Under the pieces are notes generated by a model that saw only the letters and a list, made by a program, of their open reading frames with translations, was not told the origin of the DNA and did not search any database. From Bacteroidales bacterium (GTDB taxonomy: Bacteria > Bacteroidota > Bacteroidia > Bacteroidales > VadinHA17): a stretch of 64,000 nucleotides of DNA. Below, piece by piece: positions 28,075 to 38,752 of this stretch. Position 1 is the stretch's first letter; each line of letters opens with the position of its first letter. Where the stretch lies: positions 72,165 to 136,164 of the forward strand of contig JAIVHO010000038.1 in NCBI GenBank assembly GCA_020201035.1, given 5' to 3'. The position numbers were made by a program, and so were the translations under genes.

Positions 28075-28160
28075 CGGCTTAACGCCTGTTATCTTAACAT
28101 TCAGCCGGTTCAGGTTACATAATAACCTCCGGATGAAACTGTTTACAACTTATCATTTCA

Positions 28161-28272
28161 TTAAAGCCGCCTGCGTCGCATCCTTAATATAAAGCCGCCT
28201 GCGTCACATCCTTCATATAAAGCCGCCTGCGTCACATCCTTCATATAAAGCCGCTTACATATTACCCTTCAG
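28161..28272. repeat. 28-bp tandem repeat, 4 units, with the last unit containing the folD stop codon
   Basis: Unit 1 is at 28161-28188 (3 mismatches). Units 2 and 3 (28189-28216 and 28217-28244) are identical: ATAAAGCCGCCTGCGTCACATCCTTCAT. Unit 4 (28245-28272) is degenerate and covers the last 5 codons plus the stop of folD. Confidence 0.9.
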
Positions 28273-29133
28273 CTTTCCGGCAAGAAGTGTATTGTGCAGG
28301 AGTGAAACAATAGTCATTGGACCTACACCTCCGGGCACGGGAGTGATCCAGGAACATTTTGGTGCCACTGCATCAAAATCAACATCACCCTTCAGTTTCC
28401 ATCCCGACTTTGTTGTGTCAGATTCTACCCTGGTTGTGCCCACATCTATTATTACTGCACCCTCGCTTACCATATCTGCCTTTACGAAACCCGGAATGCC
28501 TATAGCTGCTATTATTATATCAGCACTCCGAACTATTTCAGGAAGATTTTTAGTACGGCTGTGAACTACTGTCACGGTGGCATCTGTCCCTTTTTTTGAC
28601 ATCAGTATACTGACCGGACGGCCAACTATATTACTACGGCCAATCACCACGCAGTTTTTTCCCGATGTCTCTATACCATACCTCCTTATCAGTTCCATTA
28701 TACCAAAAGGTGTGGCGGGAACAAAAGAGGGCAGCCCAATGGTCATCTTGCCAAGATTTACAGGATGAAAGCCATCTACATCCTTTGACGGATCAACAGC
28801 TTCTATTACTTTATTCTCGGAAATATGGTCGGGCAATGGGAGCTGAACAATAAAACCATCGATATCCGGGTTATTATTCAAGGCATCAACCCTATCCAGG
28901 AGCTCTTTTTCAGATACAGACTTATCAAGCCTGACCAGTGTGGATTTAAAACCGACCTCTTCACAGGCTTTAACCTTATGACTGACATAGGTTTCACTTG
29001 CTCCGTCATTACCCACAAGCACCGCAGCCAGGTGTGGTATTTTACCCCCGCTGTTCCTGATTTTAAGAACCTCTTCAGCTATCTCCTTTTTGATATCAGA
29101 GGCTACCTGCTTTCCGTCAATAATTTTGTACAT
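28255..29133 (-). CDS. folD: bifunctional methylenetetrahydrofolate dehydrogenase / methenyl-THF cyclohydrolase
   Basis: 292 aa with [33 protein letters not shown] and [11 protein letters not shown]. Confidence 0.92.
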   Translation of the reverse strand: MYKIIDGKQVASDIKKEIAEEVLKIRNSGGKIPHLAAVLVGNDGASETYVSHKVKACEEVGFKSTLVRLDKSVSEKELLDRVDALNNNPDIDGFIVQLPLPDHISENKVIEAVDPSKDVDGFHPVNLGKMTIGLPSFVPATPFGIMELIRRYGIETSGKNCVVIGRSNIVGRPVSILMSKKGTDATVTVVHSRTKNLPEIVRSADIIIAAIGIPGFVKADMVSEGAVIIDVGTTRVESDTTKSGWKLKGDVDFDAVAPKCSWITPVPGGVGPMTIVSLLHNTLLAGKLKGNM

Positions 29134-29145
29134 ATCTATCTGATT

Positions 29146-30474
29146 TTAGTTTGGTCGCATCATATTTGCCAGGTTTGCACCACCCTTTTTACTGCTCATC
29201 ATCTTCATCATTCTTCTGGTCTCATCAAACTGTTTTAGAAGCCTGTTTACCTCCTGGATTGAAGTGCCGCTTCCTTCAGCAATCCTTTTCCTTCTGGTGC
29301 CGTTCATAATTGAAGGATTGGTCCTTTCAGCAGGGGTCATACTCAGTATTATGGCTTCAATACCCTTAAAGGCATCATCATCTATATCCATATTTTTTAT
29401 CGCCTTGCCTACGCCGGGTATCATTGACATCAGATCCTTTACATTACCCATCTTTTTAATCTGCCTTATCTGGGCGATAAAATCATTGAAATCAAACTGA
29501 TTGCGGGCAATTTTCTTTTGAAGTCTGGCGGCCTCATCATCATCGTACTGCTCCTGGGCCTTTTCTACAAGGGAGACTATATCACCCATACCAAGTATGC
29601 GGTCTGCCATTCTTCCGGGATGAAACAGATCAAGTGCATCCATTTTCTCTCCCGACCCGATAAATTTCACCGGTTTATTTACAACACCTTTAATTGAGAG
29701 TGCAGCCCCTCCACGGGTATCACCATCCATTTTGGTAAGCACTACACCATCGAAATCGAGCCGGTCATTAAACTCCTTAGCTGTATTGACAGCATCCTGA
29801 CCTGTCATGGCATCAACAACAAAGAGGGTTTCGTGCGGCGTCACAGCCTCCTTAATAGCTGCAATCTCCTTCATCATCTCCTCATCAATTGCCAGTCGGC
29901 CCGCAGTGTCAATAATTACCGTATCAAACCCTCTGTTACGGGCATCACTTATTGCCCTCCTGGCGATCCTTACCGGCTCCATGCTCCCTTCTTCCGTATA
30001 AACAGGAACTTCTATCTGACCGGCAATAACCTTCAGCTGCTCAATAGCAGCAGGCCTGTAAACATCACAGGCCACAAGAATCGGGTTCCTGCCTCTTTTA
30101 TTCTTCAGCATGGAGGCCAGCTTACCCGAAAAGGTTGTTTTACCTGACCCCTGAAGACCCGATACAAGTATTACACACGGATTACCTCTCAGGTTAATAT
30201 CCTCGTTTGTTCCTCCCATCAGGCTGGCCAGTTCATCATGAACTATCTTGACCATCATCTGAGACGGTTTTACCGCCGTTAGTACGTTCTGTCCAAGTGC
30301 CTGCTCCTTAACTGTATCGGTAAACTGCTTGGCAATTTTGAAGTTCACATCCGCATCGAGAAGTGCCCTGCGAACATCCTTAAGTGTTTCAGCGATATTA
30401 ATCTCGGTTATCCTTCCCTCGCCTTTCAAAAGTTTGAAAGAACGTTCCAGCCTGTCACTCAAATTCTCAAACAT
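29146..30474 (-). CDS. ffh: signal recognition particle protein
   Basis: 442 aa with the N domain, the G domain (GLQGSGKTT, DTAGR, TKMDGDTRGG) and the Met-rich M domain. Confidence 0.95.
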   Translation of the reverse strand: MFENLSDRLERSFKLLKGEGRITEINIAETLKDVRRALLDADVNFKIAKQFTDTVKEQALGQNVLTAVKPSQMMVKIVHDELASLMGGTNEDINLRGNPCVILVSGLQGSGKTTFSGKLASMLKNKRGRNPILVACDVYRPAAIEQLKVIAGQIEVPVYTEEGSMEPVRIARRAISDARNRGFDTVIIDTAGRLAIDEEMMKEIAAIKEAVTPHETLFVVDAMTGQDAVNTAKEFNDRLDFDGVVLTKMDGDTRGGAALSIKGVVNKPVKFIGSGEKMDALDLFHPGRMADRILGMGDIVSLVEKAQEQYDDDEAARLQKKIARNQFDFNDFIAQIRQIKKMGNVKDLMSMIPGVGKAIKNMDIDDDAFKGIEAIILSMTPAERTNPSIMNGTRRKRIAEGSGTSIQEVNRLLKQFDETRRMMKMMSSKKGGANLANMMRPN

Positions 30475-30515
30475 CCTTTTTCTGCTTAACTTATATTAAT
30501 ACAAAAATACTAAAA

Positions 30516-32291
30516 CTACATCTTTTCCGGCATCTCTATCCCCAGAAGCCCCATTCCCGTTCCCACTACCTCACCCGTAAGTGCTGAGAGAGCTATCCTG
30601 AAACTACGCAAATCCTGGTTCTCCTCTCCAAGAATAGAGTAGTCATGGTAAAACTGGTTATAGAGCCTGACAAGTTCATAACAGTAATTTGCTATCAGAG
30701 CTGGACTGAGGGTTTCAGCGGCGTCCTTAACCACCTGACTGAAGCGGGCAAGAATTCTTATTATTTCCCTCTCCCTCTCATTTATGCCAGGCTCCTGAGA
30801 AGGCATTGCCGGAATATCACCAGCCTTTCTCAGTATAGATCTGATACGTGCATAGGTATACTGTATAAAAGGACCTGTGTTCCCATTAAAATCAATTGAT
30901 TCTTCAGGATTAAAGAGCATATTTTTCTTGGGATCAACCTTCAGAATAAAGTACTTAAGGGCGCCAAGTCCTATCTTCATATAGATATCTTCCTTCACCT
31001 CATTTGGGAATTCACCCAGTTTCCCGAGCTCTTCAGACATCTCCCTGGCCGTCTCCTTCATCCCTAGAATCAGATCATCAGCATCAACCACAGTTCCCTC
31101 CCTCGACTTCATCTTACCCTCGGGGAGTTCAACCATTCCATATGAGAAGTGATGCAGCGAGTCAGCCCACTCATATCCAAGCTTTTTCAGCAATGCTTTC
31201 AGAACCTGGAAATGGTAGTTCTGCTCATTCCCCACAACATAGATGTGGCGTGAAAACCGGTATTCCTCGTACCTGATAACGGCAGTTCCAAGATCCTGAG
31301 TCATATAAACGGCAGTTCCGTCACCCCGCAGAAGCAGTTTATGATCAAGACCTTCAGCGGTCAGGTCAACCCAGACTGAATTATCCTCTTTCCTGTATAC
31401 TATTCCTCTTTCCAGCGCTTCAAGTACTATCTGCCTTCCCCGCTTATATGTGTCTGATTCATAATATATTTTATCAAACCTGACACCCATATCCCGGTAG
31501 GTCTTGTCAAAGCCGCTGTAAACCCATGAATTCATCTCCTTCCATAAACTGACTGTATCAGGGTCACCGGCTTCCCATTTCCGGAGCATATCCCTGGCAC
31601 GGTCCATCAGTTCCGAACCGGATACGGCCTCCTCTTCCGTTAATCCCTGCATCCTGAGCTTCGCGATCTCCTTCCTGTATTCAGTCTCAAACATTACATA
31701 ATACTTTCCAACCAGCTGGTCTCCCTTCCGGGGAGGATTATCCGGTGTTTCGCCCCCGCCCCACAACTGCCAGGCCAGCATAGACTTGCAAATATGGATA
31801 CCCCTGTCGTTAACAATATTGGTCATTACAACCCTGTTTCCTGCAGCCTCCAGTATCCTGGAGAGAGAGAATCCAACAAGGTTGTTTCGCACATGCCCAA
31901 GGTGGAGTGGCTTGTTTGTATTTGGCGATGAATACTCTATAACCACAGGCGGTGAATCTGTTTGTGCTGATTTGGAATTTAAGTCCTTACCACCTGAGAG
32001 TTGAAGGAAAGACTCATACCATGCCACCGGTGTCAGCGAAAGGTTAAGAAATCCCTTAATTACATTATATCCTGAGAGCAGGTCAAAATTATCAACCAGG
32101 TACTCTCCAATTCTTTTTGCAGTTATATCAGGCGCCTGTCCGGTCAGACTCAGCAGCGGAAATACCACCACCGTAAAATCACCCTCAAATTCCTTCCTTG
32201 TTTCCTGCACCTGTATCCTTGCAGAATCCGGCTTTTTACCGTAAATATGGCCCATCGCTACGGCCACAAACTCCCTAATTAACTTCTCCAT
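30516..32291 (-). CDS. argS: arginine--tRNA ligase
   Basis: HIGH-type motif PNTNKPLHLGHVRN, the anticodon-binding C-terminus and the terminal M. The track start at 32327 adds 12 hydrophobic residues. The ATG at 32291 (MEKLIREF) is more plausible. Confidence 0.92.
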   Translation of the reverse strand: MEKLIREFVAVAMGHIYGKKPDSARIQVQETRKEFEGDFTVVVFPLLSLTGQAPDITAKRIGEYLVDNFDLLSGYNVIKGFLNLSLTPVAWYESFLQLSGGKDLNSKSAQTDSPPVVIEYSSPNTNKPLHLGHVRNNLVGFSLSRILEAAGNRVVMTNIVNDRGIHICKSMLAWQLWGGGETPDNPPRKGDQLVGKYYVMFETEYRKEIAKLRMQGLTEEEAVSGSELMDRARDMLRKWEAGDPDTVSLWKEMNSWVYSGFDKTYRDMGVRFDKIYYESDTYKRGRQIVLEALERGIVYRKEDNSVWVDLTAEGLDHKLLLRGDGTAVYMTQDLGTAVIRYEEYRFSRHIYVVGNEQNYHFQVLKALLKKLGYEWADSLHHFSYGMVELPEGKMKSREGTVVDADDLILGMKETAREMSEELGKLGEFPNEVKEDIYMKIGLGALKYFILKVDPKKNMLFNPEESIDFNGNTGPFIQYTYARIRSILRKAGDIPAMPSQEPGINEREREIIRILARFSQVVKDAAETLSPALIANYCYELVRLYNQFYHDYSILGEENQDLRSFRIALSALTGEVVGTGMGLLGIEMPEKM

Positions 32292-32530
32292 CCCGATTTT
32301 CAGAAAAAATATTCCAATAGTCAGCAAAGATACATTAAATCCGGTAAAGTAAAAGACGGGAAAATGCAGAAACAGGAGCCCTGTTCGGGAGCATATTCCC
32401 CGAACGTTGATATTTATTTGATAGATGGTGAAAACTTTTTGACGAAGGCATATAACAGTGATTAATTAATAGGATAAATTTGTCAGAGTAGATCAATTTA
32501 TATCACCCATATAAAAATCAAACTAAGACA

Positions 32531-32986
32531 ATGAGTCTTAAGAAACTATCAATTAAAGCACTTTATAACACTCCTTCTGTTGATTTTAATCCGGGAAACG
32601 GTAACTTCTTTCTTACAGGAAAATCGATACCAGAGAATGCGATAAAGTTTTATGAACCTATTGCTGAATGGCTTAGCAGATACATAAAAGCTGCAAAAGA
32701 GGAGACAAATTTGCACCTTAATCTGGAGTACTTTAATACAGCATCAGCAATCTGGATTTCCAAAATCATTAAAATCCTTTCGAAAATAGAAAGTATGGAT
32801 AAGTTGCTTATTATCCATATCTATTTAAACGTTGAGGAGTTTAATGAGTTGGAAGATGATGATATTAAGGATGCCATTGCACCGGCAACTGATGTTCTTT
32901 CAGAGGCAACTGTCAGCATAGGTGTAAAGATTTATGGCATTGATGATGCAGGACAGGTTACCAATGAAAAACTGATCCTCTTCTGA
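32531..32986 (+). CDS. DUF1987 (SiaC-like) protein
   Basis: 151 aa. The N-terminus, TPSVDFNPGNGNFFLTGKSIPENAIKFYEPIAEWLSRY...LEYFNTAS, follows the DUF1987/SiaC pattern as I recall it. Confidence 0.6.
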   Translation: MSLKKLSIKALYNTPSVDFNPGNGNFFLTGKSIPENAIKFYEPIAEWLSRYIKAAKEETNLHLNLEYFNTASAIWISKIIKILSKIESMDKLLIIHIYLNVEEFNELEDDDIKDAIAPATDVLSEATVSIGVKIYGIDDAGQVTNEKLILF

Positions 32987-33221
32987 ATCTCTATTAATCA
33001 CCAATTATCATACAGCTCCTTATCTCTGGCAGCTACAGCAATTCTGCGCTTCCAGACTCTAATTACTGCCCCCCTTCAGGCTCTGCCTTTTTCCGTTTTA
33101 AGGCTATGCCTGTTACTCGCTCCTCCATCAGCACTACATCAGATATGGATGCCAGATTATCTCACAAAGGATAATAAATTAATCATTCAGACGGAGCCAG
33201 AGTTGCAAAAAAAATCATAAA

Positions 33222-34775
33222 TTGGAGAGTGTGTGCCGGTTTTTACTGACAATGTTATTAATAGCGTTAAGTGTTATGGGAAATTCATCTACCGGTGAAG
33301 TTTATGACAGGCGGCCTTATGTTGCAGGAAGTTTCTATCCGGACAATCCTGACGAATTAAGATCGATGGTAAATGACCTGATAGCTAAAGCCGGAGAAGC
33401 AGAGATAAAGGAGAATGTACGTGCCATAATTATTCCCCATGCAGGATATATCTTTTCCGGTGAGGTGGCTGCTGCCGGATTTGCAGCAATCGGTGGTTTT
33501 AGGGATTATGAGAATATTTTCCTTATCGGATCAAGCCACAGGTCCACCTTCCCGGGTGCCTCCATCTACCACAGGGGTGACTACATTACCCCTCTCGGTA
33601 AGGTTAAGGTGAACAGGGAGATAGCAAGAATCCTTACAACAAAAAATGAGCATATCAGTTATTACAGGGAGGCCCATGAGGGAGAACACTCCATCGAGGT
33701 ACAGCTTCCTTTTATCCAGACCCTGTTTGGAAATTCAGTATCAATTATTCCGGTAATCATCGGAACAAACAGTATTGCAACCTGCGAGGTTATTGCAAGA
33801 TCACTGGAGCCATGGTTTACTGCTAATAATCTGTTTATTATCAGCAGTGATTTCAGTCACTACCCTGAATACAGGGATGCTGTGAAAGTTGATAAGACCA
33901 CCTCTGAGGCGCTTATTACCGGAAACAGCTCTAAATTCCTTCGTACACTGCGAACAAATATGTCGCTCGGCATTACCGGACTCTCAACCAGTATGTGCGG
34001 CTGGACAGCAGCATTAACACTAATGGAGCTTGCATCAGGAAACGAAAATCTCGGTTTTAAACATATATGTTACCGCAATTCCGGAGATTCACCTTATGGT
34101 GACCGTAGCAGTGTTGTTGGCTATCATGCTATTGCATTGGTAGAAAAGAGTATTCCTGCCACCAAAAAAGCAGCACCCGGAGAGGAACAGGTCACAGAAC
34201 TATTCAACCTTAGCGACAAGGAAAAGAAGACTCTCCTATCCGTTGCACGCCGGAGTATAGAGAACAGGCTGGGCAGTGGAAACCCTGCTCATCCCGGGAT
34301 CAACCTGCTTACGCCCAATCTAAGACAGAACTGCGGGGCTTTTGTTACCCTGTATAGCAACGGCAGTCTGAGAGGATGTATTGGTAAGTTTATGTCAGAC
34401 GAACCTTTATGGAAAGTAGTAGGCAACATGGCTCTCTCCTCTGCATTTCATGACAGCAGGTTCGCTCCTCTGACAAATGAGGAGTATAATTCTGTCTCAG
34501 TTGAGGTATCGGTTCTGACCCCCCTGCGAAGAATTGATAGTATTGATGAGATAACTCCGGGAAAACATGGTGTTTATATCCGTAAAGATTCGTCTTCCGG
34601 AACTTTTCTCCCACAGGTTGCAGAAGGAAAAGAGTGGACAAGGGAGGAGTTGCTGGGATATATTTCCAGAGACAAAGCCAGGCTGGGATGGGATGGATGG
34701 CGTGATTCTGAAATTTATATCTATGAGGCCATAGTCTTTGGTGAACAGGATCAGCTGAACAGGCAGAAGACATAG
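33222..34775 (+). CDS. fusion of Memo-like (AmmeMemoRadiSam system protein B) and AMMECR1 (system protein A) domains
   Basis: The N-half (VAGSFYP...IIPHAGYIFSG...EHSIEVQLPF...SSDFSHY) is the Memo family. The C-half (GAFVTLYSNGSLRGCIG...DSRFAPL...HGVYI...GTFLPQV) is AMMECR1. The start is uncertain: TTG 33222, ATG 33252 or ATG 33276. Confidence 0.8.
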   Translation: MESVCRFLLTMLLIALSVMGNSSTGEVYDRRPYVAGSFYPDNPDELRSMVNDLIAKAGEAEIKENVRAIIIPHAGYIFSGEVAAAGFAAIGGFRDYENIFLIGSSHRSTFPGASIYHRGDYITPLGKVKVNREIARILTTKNEHISYYREAHEGEHSIEVQLPFIQTLFGNSVSIIPVIIGTNSIATCEVIARSLEPWFTANNLFIISSDFSHYPEYRDAVKVDKTTSEALITGNSSKFLRTLRTNMSLGITGLSTSMCGWTAALTLMELASGNENLGFKHICYRNSGDSPYGDRSSVVGYHAIALVEKSIPATKKAAPGEEQVTELFNLSDKEKKTLLSVARRSIENRLGSGNPAHPGINLLTPNLRQNCGAFVTLYSNGSLRGCIGKFMSDEPLWKVVGNMALSSAFHDSRFAPLTNEEYNSVSVEVSVLTPLRRIDSIDEITPGKHGVYIRKDSSSGTFLPQVAEGKEWTREELLGYISRDKARLGWDGWRDSEIYIYEAIVFGEQDQLNRQKT

Positions 34776-35203
34776 AATAGCAGGAAGGGTTAAAGGAGCC
34801 GGAACAGGAGTTTGCCTTGCCCTTGTTACAATTGCTTTTATTAATTTTGTCATCCGGCACTTCTTATCTATTCCAAGGAAATAAGGGAAGGATAAAGGGA
34901 AGTTTCTGAAGAATATGGTATTTACATCAGCAGGAGTAATGATTTTGAGACCTTACATTATTGCATCGATCCCACATGTAAGAAAAAAAATTATGGAGAG
35001 CCATGTGGCAGAGATTCATCAGGCAACAGGGATTGCAATGTAGGAGGGAATGAAGTATGTTTATATCGGTAATAACACCGGAAGTTGAGATCCCGGTGTT
35101 ATCAGCCCGGACTGCGGGATGGAGGCTGTTCAGAGAAAGGGCTAAATAATTACCGGCAACAATATTAAGAGCGGGAGATGCACAGATTGCAATATCCCGG
35201 TAA

Positions 35204-37252
<2,049 letters not shown>

Positions 37253-37293
37253 TACAACTGTTGAAATTACCAAAAATAGATTAGGTTTGCATA

Positions 37294-37845
37294 ATGGAAC
37301 TCTTTAAAGGAATAAGGCTGTTTACCGGAACGAAAATTCTTGCTTCCAGAGCAGGAAGGCTGAAAAGGAAAAAACGCTTTAACAGCCTTCAAAATGCCCA
37401 TAAGATTGCCATAGTATGGTCAGCTGACAGCGAAGGTGATCTTAAAATTATCAACACTTTTTACCATGAGATGCAGAAAAGAGGTATTCATACCGATATC
37501 CTGTGTTACTATCCGGGACCTGTACTTCCCGACAATCTGACTGCACTGAGGCATATTAACTGCTTCAGGAAATCAGATCTCAACTATATTTATATCCCAG
37601 TTTCATCAGAAATTATAGAATTTATTAATACACCTTACGAAATACTTATTGACATCAATTTTGGGAACCACTTTCCCCTGCAATGGATAAGTGCGCTCTC
37701 AATGGCTGAGCTTAAGATTGGCACAGATGACGGTGGTACCAGTCACCTTATGGACATAACAATTAATCTGAACGGGAAAAAGGAAATCGGTTATTTTCTT
37801 GACCAGGTAAAGTACTACCTCGAAATGATCAATACCACTGACTGA
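37294..37845 (+). CDS. hypothetical protein (conserved small protein between ligA and dapA)
   Basis: 183-aa ORF tightly packed between ligA and dapA, with no recognisable motif. Confidence 0.55.
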   Translation: MELFKGIRLFTGTKILASRAGRLKRKKRFNSLQNAHKIAIVWSADSEGDLKIINTFYHEMQKRGIHTDILCYYPGPVLPDNLTALRHINCFRKSDLNYIYIPVSSEIIEFINTPYEILIDINFGNHFPLQWISALSMAELKIGTDDGGTSHLMDITINLNGKKEIGYFLDQVKYYLEMINTTD

Positions 37846-37857
37846 AAAGTATAATCT

Positions 37858-38748
37858 ATGAAGAACAGGCTTAAAGGAACCGGAGTTGCTGTGATCACTC
37901 CTTTTAAAAACGATTCCAGTATAGATTTCAAAGCCCTTGAAAAGGTGATTGAGCATATAATCAGCGGGCGGGTAAATTATCTTGTGCTCCTGGGAACAAC
38001 CAGCGAGGCGGTTACACTTTCACAGGAAGAGAAAGATGCGGTTGTTTCTCATGTGACGGAAATTTGCAACAGAAGGATCCCTGTTGTAATCGGAATAGGA
38101 GGAAACAACACCAGGCAGATCGAAAATGATATACTGCGAACTGATTTCACAGGCATAAGTGCTATTCTCTCAGTAGCTCCATATTATAATAAGCCTGGAC
38201 AGAAAGGCCTCTATAATCATTTTAAGATAATATCGGAAGCCTCTCCTGTTCCGGTAATTGTCTATAATGTACCGGGACGTACATGCAGTAATCTTGAGGC
38301 AGGGACAACCCTTAAGCTTGCATGGGATTGCAAGAATATTGTTGCAATAAAGGAGGCTTCCGGTGACCTGAAGCAGGTGATGGAGATTATCAGGGATGCC
38401 CCGGAAGATTTCCTTGTTATCTCGGGGGACGATCTTATAACCCTCCCTCTTATAGCCCTTGGAGCAGCAGGTGTAATCTCTGTTCTGGGTAACGCCTTTC
38501 CGGCTGAATGGAGTGAAATGGTAAGGCTTGCGCTAAAAGGGAATATCAGGCAGGCGTCAGAGTTGCACTTCAAGTACCTGGAATTAATAGAACTGCTGTT
38601 TGCCGACGGCAATCCGGCCGGGGTAAAGGCTGCTATGAATAATATGAACCTATGCAGTAACAGTGTCAGGCTTCCGCTCACACCGGCCGGGAGAACCACA
38701 ACCGCCAGGATATCAGCTATTATGGCTGACCTGAAGCTGGTACCCTGA
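37858..38748 (+). CDS. dapA: 4-hydroxy-tetrahydrodipicolinate synthase
   Basis: 296 aa with GTGVAVITPF, GTTSEAVTLS, YNVPGRT and the Schiff-base Lys context AIKEASG. Confidence 0.92.
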   Translation: MKNRLKGTGVAVITPFKNDSSIDFKALEKVIEHIISGRVNYLVLLGTTSEAVTLSQEEKDAVVSHVTEICNRRIPVVIGIGGNNTRQIENDILRTDFTGISAILSVAPYYNKPGQKGLYNHFKIISEASPVPVIVYNVPGRTCSNLEAGTTLKLAWDCKNIVAIKEASGDLKQVMEIIRDAPEDFLVISGDDLITLPLIALGAAGVISVLGNAFPAEWSEMVRLALKGNIRQASELHFKYLELIELLFADGNPAGVKAAMNNMNLCSNSVRLPLTPAGRTTTARISAIMADLKLVP

Positions 38749-38752
38749 ACCG

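Noticed and set aside
28161-28272. Possible CRISPR array (28-bp repeats); the same question applies to 60434-60615 and 17595-17751
   Set aside because: The repeats are directly abutting with no unique spacers, and there are no cas genes in the window. They are plain tandem repeats.
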